A stretch of 59,351 nt of DNA, counting the filler. It is 3 parts of 3 records of this genome, joined end to end, with 100 filler letters (N's around TTAATTAATTAA, not from the genome) between each part and the next. Parts side by side here need not be neighbours in the genome. Positions count along the whole stretch, not along the records: positions 1 to 25,392 come from DRR378314_385; positions 25,493 to 45,416 come from DRR378314_386; 1 more part is not named here. One strand, written 5' to 3'. Position numbers and translations under genes: made by a program. Below, in pieces: positions 13,501 to 26,462 of the stretch. The stretch's first letter is position 1. Every line of letters begins with the position of its first letter. The notes beneath the pieces are model-generated. The model was not told the DNA's origin, did not search any database, and saw only the letters and a program-made list of their open reading frames with translations.

Positions 13501-15156
13501 GGTAGGTAGAGATTGCAGGAAGGGATGAAAAAAGCTACAGCGATGCAGGAAAAATGGTTGTCATCACAAAAAGGACAGGACGCGGCGAAGTGCGGCTGAG
13601 AAATTTCCCGATTCAAACGCTTCCGATTGCATCCTGCGTTGGGGGTTAGCGCAGCAGTTCTTGCCGAAACCACTGCATCTTACGGCAGATCAACACAACC
13701 AAACAAACGGTATGGTAAAACAGCAGCAACAGTAGGTACGCTGTTGCGCATTTCCCTTGAGATTGTTCAAATTGAATAATCACTTATACATATTTTACGA
13801 TTGCAGAGAAAACCTGCTTTACCGTCTACCAGATCGGGCAGCATATAAAATCGCAAGTTGCTGCTCTGGAATCGCGTTGCGACGCCAAGACCAGTCGCCT
13901 CTCCGCTCCGACCTCGTGACGCGCTCTCGGCAATTCGCTATTGTTTCATTCGATACACGATGCTATCTTGTGTTTTCGTATCTTCACGAGACATTTATAT
14001 CGCGTTGGCACATTATTTTTTTCGCCTCGACAAACCTTTTTGGGTCGGATCGTTGCCGAATCATTGCGAGATAAAGGAGGGTCCTCTCGTCCTCTGTAAC
14101 TTTTCTGCCCTCCACGACCGCCGGATCGTCTTGCAAGTGCCGCAGAGAAAACACCAGCTACAAAGCAAAAGCAGTCAAAAAAAGAGCATCGTACCGGTGA
14201 GAAAGAAAATTCAGAGGTGCAACGAAAATATATACCAGGATATTAGCAAAAAAGATGGTCATGCACAACCGGAAGGAAGCGATGCAACAGGGAAACAACG
14301 CGCGTCCTCGTGACGACGCAGAGCGCTCCGGTCTGCAAGCAGCTGCCTCTGAAAAGCAAAGCGGGCGCGTGATTTATTTTTTTCTTCTCTCTCTCTCTCT
14401 CTCCCGGGCGTAGATTTCCTTGTGATTGGAAAAATTCGATCAAAATATTGCTCAACATAATCCATACTATGATCATCCGAAGTAAAACAACGACAATGGT
14501 TCGCGTAGACGCGCATGAACGGGCGAACAGGCAACGACACGCACGGGCAGCGGCGTGGGCGGAGAGAGCTGCGCACCTTTCGCGGAATCTTTGCAATCAG
14601 CTCGCCCGGTCGCAGCGCGTGCTTCGCGTACGCGCCGAGCCCGTGTGAAGCAGACCGGCGAAACTCGACAGCGTCCCAGCTTGCCCCGAAATCGACTAAC
14701 CAACGATGAAACGAATTCGTGAACGCAGATCCAGTCTGCAGGTGAGAGCGACAAGCACAGGGAGGAAGGAGCGTCAGGCGCGCGTGCACAGTGTTCCTTG
14801 GGGTTCTCGAGCCGCGCCACGGCAAAGCAGGAGAAGACCCACAACACCAACGTATGGCGACGTGTGAATTGGGAATAGTATCCATAGAAAGCTTGGTTGC
14901 GCGGTATTCCAACAAAAGTACATTTTCGTTTCACAATAGAAAACTGCAGGTTCGCGGCGCGTTCCTCGAGAACAGCGGCAGAGGCGCACGTCATCGAACG
15001 CCTGAGCACGGCAGCACAGCGCGCGCGCTTCGCAAGTGGCAGGGCGGTACGGTACACGGGCGTGCTGCACCGAAGCAGCGCTGACCCGCTTACCTCACAA
15101 TCATCATCATGTGATACGCGAGCTCGTTTAGGCAGTTGTGTGACTCGTTCCGCCAT
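10508..15156 (-). CDS. SET-domain protein lysine methyltransferase (SETD3/Rubisco LSMT type) with substrate-binding domain, spliced
   Basis: ATG at 15156. Exons give GLGAYAKHALRPGELIAKIPRK, LYLAMIRQRSDPKSFFHPFLQSLP..WWSEEELGLLAGT, LRWAKSAFDSRAF, LLPMLDVLNH, Q|VFNNYGPKYNESLLHQYGF, then NEQEALATVTSILHRHL and RARMAEVYRQGRRLVL (LSMT substrate-binding-like). Later exon boundaries are uncertain and the gene probably continues past 10508. Confidence 0.85.
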
Positions 15157-17172
15157 GGCGCTTACAGAGGTGCTGCGCACTGCTTGCGCAGCAGCTGCGC
15201 AATATGTGCGCGCTGCGGAAACACACGCGCGGCGACGCGCGAGCGGTACCTAGTTCTTCGTCGCCTCTGCGCAAGATACCAGGACAATCGCAGGAAGGAA
15301 TCGCAGTTACTCGCGAGAACTACAAATTCATGAAATGAAATATGCGTTTTGGAGTGGAAAGTGCAAAACGAGGAGATTTGGAGACGCCAGTGCCGGCGCG
15401 AGTACCGACGCTGCAACAGGCTGCGATCTGCGCACAGCGTGCTGATTGGCAGCTGCACTGCTCCCGCGAAGCTGTGAGGGCTTCTGCGTTCGAACCTAGA
15501 ATGCCAAGCACAAGATTGGGTCGGCCTGGTACTGCCCAGACCGTTCGAGCGACCCTATCATCTAAACCAATTTCCCCAACGGACGTATTTTCCGGTCCTA
15601 AGGTAAATCTTGCTTGCTCGTTCTCCGGCTGGTGACGCAAGTGCGCGCTGGGCCCGCGACGGCAAGTGCTGTTTGTGCCTTCTGTGTCCGTTCCTGACAC
15701 CACCTTCATCAAGTACTCTAACATAAAATGGTATGCTGCGCTGGTGCGCACTCTTCCCAGCCACTGCCCGGACTTTGTTCTAGGACAGCGATCGCTGTAC
15801 GTGGCAAGGGTGTCTGGTGTGCCTTTCTTTGCGCTTGTGTGCTGCGCGGAAGCGCCGTTGCGGAGGAGGGAAGTTCTCTTGCTCGCGCCGTCCCTGCTGC
15901 TCCTTGCTTGAAGACAGTGTTTCACGTCTGGGACGCGCCTCGGCGGACTGCAGTATCCGAGCGTTCCTGCGCGCGTGTTCGTGCGTTTAGTCGTTCATCT
16001 TGCGGCAAGCACGGGTAGCCTAGTTAGTATCTCGCAATGGGGGTTTCTATGGATACGTTTATTTGGTTGCAAGGTGGTAAAGTGTTTAGTTTGCTGGTGA
16101 ACGTGGGTTTCCTTGTTGGGGCGAAGGTTGCACGCACGTTGCTGCGTTGGTCCGTTGCTGTGGGACGCCGCCGCCGCACCAGCTGCGTTGCTGCCCCCGT
16201 GGAGCTTCGCTCGCGCTCCCGAGCGTTATCAAACGGCCCCCGTTGCAGAGCACGTTTTCGCGCGCCCTGTGCTTTGGAAACTCTTCCTGAGCATTTTTAG
16301 GAGCATTAGCAGCGGATTGCGGCGCCATGAAGTTGTGCAAAGGCTCTGGTCTGCGTGGAGTTTATAGCTTTTGCGCTGCGCCGCGCTCTGCTGCGGAAGC
16401 GCGGCGGCCGCGTCGTCTGTGCGCTTCGGGCTTCCCCGTTTGGCAGTTGGCGATGGTGATTGCTGCTACAGTCCGCCACGCAGCACAGAACTGTGCGCCG
16501 AGCTGGTGGATTTCTTGCGTAAAATGCTGAACGGAAGGACATATTTTTCAGAGTAGCAACACGAAGGCTCCTCTCGTAGTGCTAGGAAGCGGAGGAGTGG
16601 GCCGGAAGGCCGGCCGCAGGCCCATTGCGCGAGCGCGAGACGAGCGGGCTTTGGCGCGCATCCGTTGCAGCGGGGCCTCGACGAGCGCGGCGCTGGTGTC
16701 TGCTCGAGCGACGGGGAGAACTGCGGCGGCCTTCGCTTGGCCGGCCGGTGCACCCGCGTGCGGCGTTGCCGGTCTGCCTCGCTGAGCAGCAGGCACAGTG
16801 GCGTGCTGGGCGTGTGTTTTTGGGGCCCGTCCGCCCGCGGCTCTCACTTTGCAGTGCGCGCGGATACCGCGGTACTACCCTATCACTGAACCAGAGTTCA
16901 GGGGAATGATAGGTTGGGAACGTAGGGTTTATCGTGTCATCTCTCAACTGTCAGCAGAGAGCTGACCGGTGCTACCTGTAACTAGGGTTACACTGGCATG
17001 GGATGGTTCGGAGGTGGCGAACAGACTGGCTGCTGGGTTTTGGAGGGGCGCGCGCCCAGCCTCGCAGCTCCTGTATGTCCCCAGTGTGGTAGCTCGCGCG
17101 TACTTTTGCTCCGCTTTCGTGGGCTGACGCCCGCTCTTTTTTGCGCTGAAATGACATTCTTTGTTATTGTAG

Positions 17173-18541
17173 TCGACTCCTCGCAGTGCCGGTCGCGCCG
17201 CCAAGCCGAAGACGGCTAGGGAACGCCAGGAAGAACAGATGCGTGAGGAGCAGCTGAAGGAAATCCGCACGGCTTTCGATCTGATCGACACCGACGGCTC
17301 CGGTATGTTCCGGCCACAGTTTTCGCCTCCCCCCCTTTGTCTTCGGCATCATGTTTCACTCGGAGCATGATGAAAAATTTGCGCGTTTTCACTTGCTGTC
17401 GCGACAACCGAGCTTTTTGAATGCAGTAATGCGTTTCGGCGGCGATTCACTTGTTTCCCCACGTCACACCTGCACACTGCAAGCAATAGCAGCATCTGCA
17501 GTGCAGGGACTCTCGTTGTGTGCCGCGAGCGAGCTTGCAAGGTCTTGCGGGTTGTAACATCTGGTACTCGGCCCTGTTTTTTGTGGATGGCGAATGCTGT
17601 AGGCTCCATCGACTACAAGGAGCTCAAGATCGCGATGCGCGCTCTTGGCTTCGACCCCTCGAAGGACGAGCTCAAGAAGATGATTGCTGATGTCGATACG
17701 GACAAGTCCGGCACGATCGAGTTCCCCGAGTTCGTGGAGATGATGACCGCCAAGATGGTAAGCGCTGCGAACGAGCTTTCAGCTACCTGCAGTAACGATA
17801 ACGTTGATTAGGTGGAAATGCGGAACGTGGACAAGATGTCCGACGGCAGTCTGCAGCCGCGCGAATTTTGCAGCTGTTTTGCTAATTCCTCCCTGTGTAA
17901 TCCAGTTTCTTGGATGCTCGCGCAAGGTCGACCGCGGGCGCGAGGCATTCCGCTCCTTCGTTTTTCGCGATAGCACACAAAGACGCAAGCGCAACGCTGC
18001 ATCTGCGACCTGAATCTAACTTCTGTCTGTCTGTATTGGGACGGGCCTCTGCTGCCCATGTGCGCGCGCGTGTGGACGCTACGACTTTGCCATTGCAGGA
18101 CCAGAAGGACTCCAAGGAGGACATCATGAAGGCTTTCAAGCTGTTCGATACGGACAACACGGACAAGATCACGTTCTGGAACCTTCAGAAGGTCTCGCAG
18201 GAGCTTGGCGAGAACATTACCGATGAGGAGCTTCAGGAGGTTCGTTTCGTTCGCGCGGCCGCACAGAGGGTGTTCCATGGGCAAACTGCGCGCTTCCTCG
18301 CCGTAGATTGTAGGTATACTAGAGTCTCGCAATGCAAAGTGTCGCTGCTTTTCTCTTCCCCTCTGCGCGCTGGCGATCTGCGCTGTATGCTGAATGTCGG
18401 TCCGCCGTACGATTTCCTATCCAGATGATTGAGTACGCTGACCGCGACGGATCTGGCGCCGTTGACTTCAACGAGTTCTTCCGCATCATGAAGCGCTCGC
18501 AGGCCGGCTACGACCCGCTCGAGGACTCGGACTCGGAGTAA
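17173..18541 (+). CDS. Centrin (caltractin) EF-hand protein, spliced; first exon (probably just ATG) not located
   Basis: Exons 17173-17302, 17603-17757, 18099-18239, 18425-18541 give [97 protein letters not shown]. Confidence 0.95.
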
Positions 18542-18964
18542 ATTGCCACTTTCTCTTGCCTTTGCTCGCGGTTCCATTTCCCCCGGCAGGGTCCTTGATA
18601 TCCCTTGGCCCTTGCCGAGGCTTCGCGTGCGATGCGAGCCAAACGGCGCCGCTGCCAGAACACAGCAGCGGCGCGTGCGTGCTTGCAAGCGTGCTCCAGT
18701 AGATCCTACACGTCGGAATCTGGCGGAGCTCCGAGCGCTGCAATGAAAGACCATTTGTGAACTTTGCGTGCCTTTTGTCGCAGCTACGCAGCGAGCCGAC
18801 TGCGAATGCTGCGCCGTGCTTGCACGAGGTGGCCCGCGTTTCTCCCCGCAGTCCTTCCCGTGGACCGGTGGCCGCAGGCAGAAACAGGCACGTCGAACAG
18901 TGCACAAGCGCGACGAACATTCGTCCTGTATTTGCGATTCTGCTGCGAAGCAACCCACTGCACC

Positions 18965-21900
18965 CTACACGGAGGCTTGCTCGGGGACAGGAGCGAGCGG
19001 CTGCTGCTGCCGCGCCGGCTGTCGCCTCAGGCCCTCGCGCGGAAGTAGACCATACATATTCATCATCGTTTCGTCTGCGCCATGGGAAAGGAGAAAATCG
19101 GCGAGATCTGTGTATCCGAACTGAAAGCAGTAGTGGAGGGGTGTTTGTCCACGGTGCTGCAAGGCAACATACGAAAGGGAGCGCAAACAAAGCGTCGTGA
19201 GTTTCCGCGTCCCAGATCGAATCCCTCTCGGCAGTGTCATCAGAGGGACCTACTTTCCTTGCTAAGCATTCATACACGCGCAGACCCCGTGCTCTTAGAC
19301 CCAGTCTGTTACGCAATATACGAAGCTAAGTAAAAAGGTAGTGGGCTATGTACAATGTTGGGTAGAGATCGTTGTGACTCCCTCTTCTCTACGAGCAAGT
19401 GGGCGAACGCTCACGCGTGGGCGCGTGCCGCAGAATTGTGCGTGAGCTCGACAAACACCCAGAGAAAGGTCTCGTCCGCTACGCGAGCGAGCAGGCGCGC
19501 GAGAGCGTGTATCGTTTCCATACTAAGAGTTTGTCTCTTTGCATTATTTCAGAATATTACAAGTACGAGAGAAAGTATGCCTGTTAGGCGTGCGAGTTCG
19601 TACGCGCGAGAGTGAGCGTGTGAGGGTGTAGTAGCGCACGTTTTGTGTGTTCACGTCTGCGCCCTGCTTGAGTATGAGCGACGCGAGCTGGATGTCGCCC
19701 TGCTGCGCAGCAATGGAAATCAGCGTATTTCCGTGGTCGTCTTTTGTGTTGACGGGGAACCCCTTTTGGAGCGCCTTGAGCACAGTGCGACTATCCCCTC
19801 GCTTTGCCCTGCGAAACACCTGCAGCACGAGAGGCACACAGAAGGTGCAGAGAGAGGCAGCAGCCGAAACGTTGGAGTTGTCTGCGAACTGGCCGCTTTG
19901 CTGTGGAAGCAGTGGGAAGTGTAGCGCTGAACACTGCAGTAGTGCGCTGCAGATGACATTCGGTCGGCGTGCGCTGCCAGTCAGAAAAACAAAAAAAAAG
20001 AGTCGCGATTTTCTACTGTATAAGTATGTTCAAACAGCAGATGAGAGTGCATTGCAAAGCCATGTGTACATCCTTTGCGACTTTCATACCTTGCGGGTTA
20101 GGTTCGCCTTCATGTGTTCCTGGTACTCTTCCGAGAGAGCGGCGTCCAAGGTTGACGACCGTGACGAACTCATCGACTGCTGGTCGTCAGACAGCGGCGA
20201 GAGCACTACGGCTGTCTCGCTATTACTTCGAGTGGGCGATGTATACTGAGGGCTTGCGGTGCGCCTGTCTAGTAGGTCGCCAGCGGAGAACGAACGGACG
20301 TTTCGCGGAATGGGAGAGCCGAGCGTTTCCGAACGATCAATATCTGTCAACGAACTGGGTCGCTCAAGTGTACGCGGCACGGCCGGGGCCACGATGCCGG
20401 GAAGGTTTCCGTACTGCGTGTCTGGTGCATCCACGTTTGTGGTTTGCACGATTTCACCTATGGAACCGGATAGGAGGGCGTCCTTCATGGCCTCGCTCAG
20501 AAGCGAAACAAGGTTCGAGGCTGCGTTCTGCACTTGCCCACCATTGACATTGTTTGCGGCATCACTTGTGGCACGTGCCGCTCTTCCTGTTGGCAAACGA
20601 ATGTGCGCGTCATGATTTGGGGACATCGCTGGTAGAGACGAAAGCCCCAGATCGACAACGCTGCGCGAAGTGCTGGCACCAGCTTCTGCAAGGCGTTCTA
20701 CTGGATCCCTGTAGGTAAAGAGCGGGTCTGCGGGATTTCTTGTGGGGGCGAGCTCCCGCAGTGTTGACCCGCCGCTGCTACTGCGCGCCGAAGAAACTGC
20801 CAACGACGAATCGACTCGCTGCAGGAGTGCCTCCACGTCCTTGTAGAGATCGTGATGAACGTCACGTAGAGATGGAGAAGTGCCATTCCTCGCACTGCGC
20901 GAAGGAGACTCATCATGTCCAGCACGGCCCGAGCGCTCCGGTTGTATCGATGGTAAACTACCAGGGTGTACCTCATCTTCGTCACGTGTTCCCTTCGCTG
21001 CCAGGTTTGTCGCCATCGCAGCCCAGGAGGCGGGCTCTTGGGCGCTCGACGATTCGAGTGCTATTGGAATATTTGTTTCCGATGGTGAACTGTGGCGATA
21101 ATTCTGTGAAGGCGGGCTATTTGACGAGTACTTTGGTTGCAACTGAAGCTCGCCAGAGCGCTCGAGCCGACTCCTATCCTCGGGCGGTCGCCTGTACTCT
21201 GACTGGGTAGCTTCTTCTGCGCGCGAAGATGGACTGTTGTATGTGGAACCCGCGTGAGAATGTAGAACCGGTCCGGCAGATTCCGAGTTATATTCTCCAA
21301 AGTAAAGATCAGGATTTGAGAGGTAAAGTCCGCCGGTGCTCCCGGATGCGTGCGTGCGAAGGCGCGACGCGCTCGACTCTCTACCGCTCGGCGGTAATGT
21401 CGAAGCTTTGGATGGCGAATCCACTCTTTGCGCACTCGATCTCTCGTACGCCTCACGAGATTCTGACATTATTGCTGCTTTTTGTTCAACATGATGCGGC
21501 ACAGAATGTGAGACGTGCGTAGAAGTGGACTGATTGGGACTCAAAGCGGACTCCGTTTCAGGCGCTCGCTTGTCCGAGTCAACGTGCGAAGTAGAGCGCG
21601 TCGTGTTTTTGCCGGCGCGAGCTCGCTCCAGCCGCGCCTCCCGGAGCAGCGCTTCGCGCGCGTCCAAATACGCAGCTACATGTGCGGGTGCTTCATCGAA
21701 TACTTCGCTTCCAATTGCGGTCGCATTATGATTGTCTGCGTAGGTTCCACTCGACTCAGGCGATGTCTTTGCTGCGGTTCGTTTCGAGGGTGCGTTCATG
21801 CTTGGGCCCGGCGCAGTGACTGATATCGACGAGCGGAGCGTCGCTGCGGCTCGTCTGTGCGCATCCCGAAGCATTTTTTGAAATCTCTCCGCCTCGGCAA

Positions 21901-23074
21901 AAGGAGAGTATGGCTTCGAGGTTTTCTTTGCTTCGCTTGCTTCAGAGCTCTTGGAAGTGCGTGCTTGAGCGGCGCGCGAAGGGCTGGAGGACTTACGTCC
22001 GGGAGGAGAAAGATTCCGCTTGCTCATGCTCTGGCCGGAGGTAAAGTCGCTTTCGTACCCGCGGGCAAGTCTTCGGTGTGAAAGTGGTTCATTCGAGAGC
22101 GAAACACCGCTTGGCATCGGTGTTGTTGATCTCAGTTTTCGTACTTCTGAATTATGTTGCGAGTGAAGCGTCGCAGTGCGACCTCGTGAACTACTTTCCA
22201 CATCGCTGGTGTACAGCCGCGACGTGCTCTCGCATCCTTCACGCCCTCGCTGAACACGGTCCGTGCCACGCGTACGCACATGCGCACTTTTGTTCTTGCG
22301 ATCTGTGGACTGCTCAGCGTTGGTCCGCTGGAGAATCGACTGAGCGACCATCAATAGTGAACGGGGAGACTGTTTCGGATTGCCTGCGTTCTGGCGTCTC
22401 TTTGATGCGGGGTGGCCTCTGGCAGGCGACTCCGCGTTTGAACGCGCCTTTGCCGCTGCCGTGAGGCCGCGCTTCTCGCCGTTTCTCTTCTTGAGAACCT
22501 TCTTTCGCACGGTGAGCTGCTTCATGGGCGTATCAAGAGTATTTTCGATATGATTTTGCGTAGGTGGGCGTTGTCTCTGCGGGGAGTGATTTTGTGCAGG
22601 ACTGTCCTGCTGAGTCTCCGTCTGCTGGTACCGACGGGCTAGGCTGCCGTGACTCTGGTACCCGTCGCTTTCGGTGGCACTGTGCGTCGCGAAGGCGCGC
22701 GCCTTGCGCTCAAGAAGCGAGTCAAAGAGCGATTCAGCAATTTTGCGATGGCGCAGATTTTCAAAAGATCTTTTCTGTGTAGCAGTGTAGTATTTGTCGT
22801 GCGACGAAACCGTTGAAGATGAAGTAGGCGATTCCCTGAAGCGAGGCGAGACCCCGGCGAGAGCAGACGTAATTGCTGCGGCATCGTGCGGCGTTTTCCT
22901 CGCGTCAGAAACAAATTCTTCTTCCTCACATTCCATGCCCATCTTCAGCTTCCTCTCCCCGTGGGCCGGCGATGTATCGTTTTCGTGTAAATGCTTTACG
23001 AAACTGCTTTGTGAGTGGGTGTCACTACTACTGAGAGCGCTGCTGTTGCTCTCCCCTGGCGGTGCAGGCTCCAT
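18965..23074 (-). CDS. Large Ser/Arg-rich disordered protein with C-terminal ankyrin repeats
   Basis: A 2985-nt exon (ATG 23074 to 20090) splices in phase 0 to 19819-19640 (HGNTLISIAAQQGDIQLASLILKQGADVNTQN) and 19156-18965 (HRGQTPLHYCFQFGYTDLADFLLSHGAD). Confidence 0.85.
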
Positions 23075-23733
23075 CCTTGCGGCACAGGAACAAACGCATG
23101 GCCCAGCACCTTGCACGGGCTTCTGCTTGGAGCCTTTTCTCGCTGCAGCTCCCGAAATGACACCCTTTTGCGTATTTTGTGACAACCCACTATTTTCTTT
23201 ATGGAAATTACGGTGTTATGTGAAAGCCTCGAATATGCAAACTCCGGCTTGTTTCTATCTGCCTTCGAGGCGGTAAGTATTTCCCGGAACAGGCAGCGCG
23301 CTGCAGCGCCTCGTGCGGCAAAAAAGGGAGGGGCGAAGGCAAGCGCTCGCCGCCCACCCGTCATCAGCCAGGGCTGCACAGGACTCTCCAATTCAACCGT
23401 CGTGGCCATGTCCCTCCAGCGCCCGTACGAAGGGTAAGGAATGATCATTTCTTTGTAACGACAGCTGTGACAAAATGCATCAGCCTCGCGAATATCATAA
23501 CGCCTGACGAGATGTATTTGGAAAAGCGAGCTGTCCAGCTTGCGCAAGTCCAGGCAGCGTCCATCGACCTCTGTCGAGCGGACCTCTCGTTGTGCGCTTC
23601 AAGCAAAACGCAGTATTTCGCCGGCACATTAGGCAACGATACACCCCATAGCAAGTATTCTCTGAAATTCACTGTACATCACTCGCGCGCTCGCGCAATG
23701 CGATCTGGTGATCGCGAGGGACTTAGTGGCGCA

Positions 23734-25309
23734 TTAGAGCGATCCCACGTGCTCTTCTGCCCCGCTGTGCTCCTCCGCGCGAGCAGGACGCGAGCGCACA
23801 AACGTCCTGCGAAGCGCTTCCAGCAAAGGCGCCTCTCCCGGGATTTTCGTAAAGTGGTAGATCGCATATCCGGCAGGGATAACCACAATAAGCCATCCGA
23901 AAAACGTTGCTGTTGCAGAGAAGCCCCCGTACGTGCTCTTCATTTCATCGACCGTCTGCACCGTTGACGCACATGTTTTGAAAAGACAATCAAAGCCAGA
24001 GAACGTAGACGCATTTTCCGGCGCTGAGCACCATTTCAAGATTCTCTCTCCAACTCTGTCTCTCACAATTGCGAGTTTCGTCGCTGTGCCAACTGAAGGT
24101 GCAATCGGCAAGTTCTCTGCCGCGCACAGGAGTCAGCGGAACGTCCCTCACAAACGCACCTGCCAGATGAGAATGATGAACAAGGCACTCGGCGTCACAT
24201 ACTTGATCATGAAAGCCCAGATCTGCATGATTGAACAGTGGCAAGTCCGCGACCAGATTCGTCAGCGCCGAGGCGAAGCCGTCGATACAACTCATGGTAT
24301 TTTCTTGTTCGATGCATGCAGCATAGAGGTGACTACTCGCAGACGTTGGCTGGCGCTCCAAGGTTCTGCATGCGAGAGCGACTCCCCTTGCTTCGTGCAA
24401 ACCTTGCGCATAGTCGCACCTTTCCGCCCCAGTCTCTGAACCAGTCCTTGCCCTCTGGGCGATTCTCCAGGATGCGGTCCAGGATCTTGAATGGGCCGTA
24501 ATACCAACCGATTGCGACACACTCCAAAATGCCGATGATCAAAAGCAGGTAGCTCAGCAGCTGTACATGATCCAACGAAAACAACAACAACGCAGAATAA
24601 GAGACACTTGCATTCACGGTCCCTTGCGTCGCACGGCAGGTACAGAGCATCGTAGCACAACAGTGGATTGCCACGCACTGGAAGATGAGACTGCAGTGCA
24701 TGTTGTTCTTCTGTGCATAACCAAAGGTGTACGCGTATCAAATGACCAAGACGAGACCGGAGTATCGATAAAACCTCGAGGCACCTCGCCGGGTACAACG
24801 CGAGCAACAAACGTACGTAGTGATCAACAAGATCCAGGACGTAAATCCCGTTCCCAGCCGTGTAAAATAAGCCGCATAAGAAGCCAAACGTGCACACAGC
24901 AGCAGCAATCGTAAGTCGGCGCGCGGGCATGTACTTTTTCTGCCTGATCGAGCTTCTGCAGGGAAACGGAGATGCCGCAGAAGCGCGCATTGCTTAGGGA
25001 TAGGAAAGTAATATGAAGAAAACGACTGTGAGAGTACAAGCGCCGAACTGTCACAGATAACTGGCCACACGGGAGCGAATACGCTCTTCCAAGTGTACAA
25101 ATATTGCATCTGATCAGAAAGTTTGGGACAAGTCCGCAACTGAGCTTGATCAAGAACAATTGCGAACCGCTCGATACGTATCACTACTGCTCAAGGCCAG
25201 GCCTGCAGCCTCCCGTACAAGAGAAGGAAAGACGTACGAATTCATTACATGGTCGAGAAGTGCCGTGTCGACCGCCTCCACCAGCGAGAAAGCGCTATCG
25301 ATTCCAAGA
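23734..25309 (-). CDS. Neurotransmitter:sodium symporter (SLC6/NSS) family transporter, 3' part only
   Basis: Exons encode LGIDSAFSLVEAV (TM8 motif), GLFYTAGNGIYVLDLVDHY, GILECVAIGWYYG, IWAFMIKYVTP and TVDEMKSTYGGF..GWLIVVIP. The 5' part is lost at the contig end. Confidence 0.88.
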
Positions 25310-25367
25310 CTGCATACAAAGTACGAGTAATGGACCACATTTAGCCCCTGGTGTGGGATAGGAACAG

Positions 25368-25392
25368 GAGAGAGAGAGAGAGAGAGAGAGAG
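25368..25392. repeat. (GA)n microsatellite at end of contig A
   Basis: Seen directly, abutting the N run. Confidence 0.9.
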
Positions 25393-25492
25393 NNNNNNNN
25401 NNNNNNNNNNNNNNNNNNNNNNNNNNNNNNNNNNNNTTAATTAATTAANNNNNNNNNNNNNNNNNNNNNNNNNNNNNNNNNNNNNNNNNNNN
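25393..25492. other. Artificial contig-joining linker N44-TTAATTAATTAA-N44 (stops in all six frames)
   Basis: Palindromic TTAATTAATTAA between equal N runs; identical copy at 45417. Confidence 0.98.
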
Positions 25493-25493
25493 A

Positions 25494-26462
25494 ATCGCGT
25501 GGGACGATACCGTCCTGCCCTTTCAACTTGATGTACCGGACATGCGTGGCCGCGTGGCCCGACTGGATGGCGTGTTGGGCGGCATCCTGAAACAGCACGA
25601 CTATCCCGAGGTAGTCGAGGCGCTGGTGGCCGAGATGGCCTTGTTGACTGCATTGATCGGTCAGACGGTATCGCTGCGCTGGAAACTGTCTTTGCAGGTG
25701 CAATCCAAGGGTGCGGTGCGGATGATCGCAACTGACTATTATGCGCCGCAGAAGGAAGGCGAACCCGCGCATATCCGGGCTTATGCCAGCTTTGATCGCG
25801 ACCGGCTGACCGATGCCGCCCCCTTCGATCAGGTGGGTGAGGGGTATTTCGCCATCATGATCGATCAAGGCGAAGGGACGCAGCCTTATCAAGGTATCAC
25901 CCCGCTTGCCGGAGGATCGCTGAGCGCCTGTGCAGACGCATATTTTGCGCAGTCCGAGCAGTTGCCGACCCGGTTCTCGCTTAGCTTCGGCAAATCGACC
26001 GAACCCGGTGTTGGTGAACACTGGCGTGCGGGCGGGATCATGTTGCAGCACATGCCCAAGGCATCCCCCTTCGCCGCATCCGGAGAAGGCAGTGGAGAGG
26101 TTCTGACAGCCGCCGATCTGGTGGATGGTGAAGAAAGTGAGAACTGGGGCCGCGTCAACATCCTGCTTGATACCGTCGATGATCTGGAGCTGATCGGGCC
26201 GTCAATTGCCCCGACTGATCTGCTGGTGCGCCTGTTTCACGAGGAACAACCCCGGGTCTACGATGCGCAACAGGTGAAATTTGGTTGCACCTGTTCCGAG
26301 GATCGTGTGCGCCAAAGCCTGTCGATTTACTCGGCGCAGGATATCGCGACGATGACCACGGACGAAGGCACGGTCACCGCAGATTGCCAGTTCTGTGGCG
26401 CGCATTATGTGCTGGACCCAACGACCGTTGGGTTCGAAGCCGAAGGTCCGGATGGCGCGTGA
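25494..26462 (+). CDS. hslO: Hsp33 redox-regulated chaperone, 5'-truncated by contig start
   Basis: Frame open from the contig edge (IAWDDTVLPFQLD..RGRVARL); YQGITPL, YFAQSEQLPT, AGGIMLQ; zinc motif CTC...CQFC. Confidence 0.95.
   Translation: MAWDDTVLPFQLDVPDMRGRVARLDGVLGGILKQHDYPEVVEALVAEMALLTALIGQTVSLRWKLSLQVQSKGAVRMIATDYYAPQKEGEPAHIRAYASFDRDRLTDAAPFDQVGEGYFAIMIDQGEGTQPYQGITPLAGGSLSACADAYFAQSEQLPTRFSLSFGKSTEPGVGEHWRAGGIMLQHMPKASPFAASGEGSGEVLTAADLVDGEESENWGRVNILLDTVDDLELIGPSIAPTDLLVRLFHEEQPRVYDAQQVKFGCTCSEDRVRQSLSIYSAQDIATMTTDEGTVTADCQFCGAHYVLDPTTVGFEAEGPDGA

Noticed and set aside
15320..15925. 201-aa minus-strand ORF upstream of the SET gene
   Set aside because: Non-ATG start, no motif or convincing splice pattern; ORFs of this length arise by chance at this GC content.
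25437..25448. TTAATTAATTAA as a piggyBac target site or regulatory palindrome
   Set aside because: It is embedded in N runs and repeated identically at 45461; it is a six-frame stop spacer.
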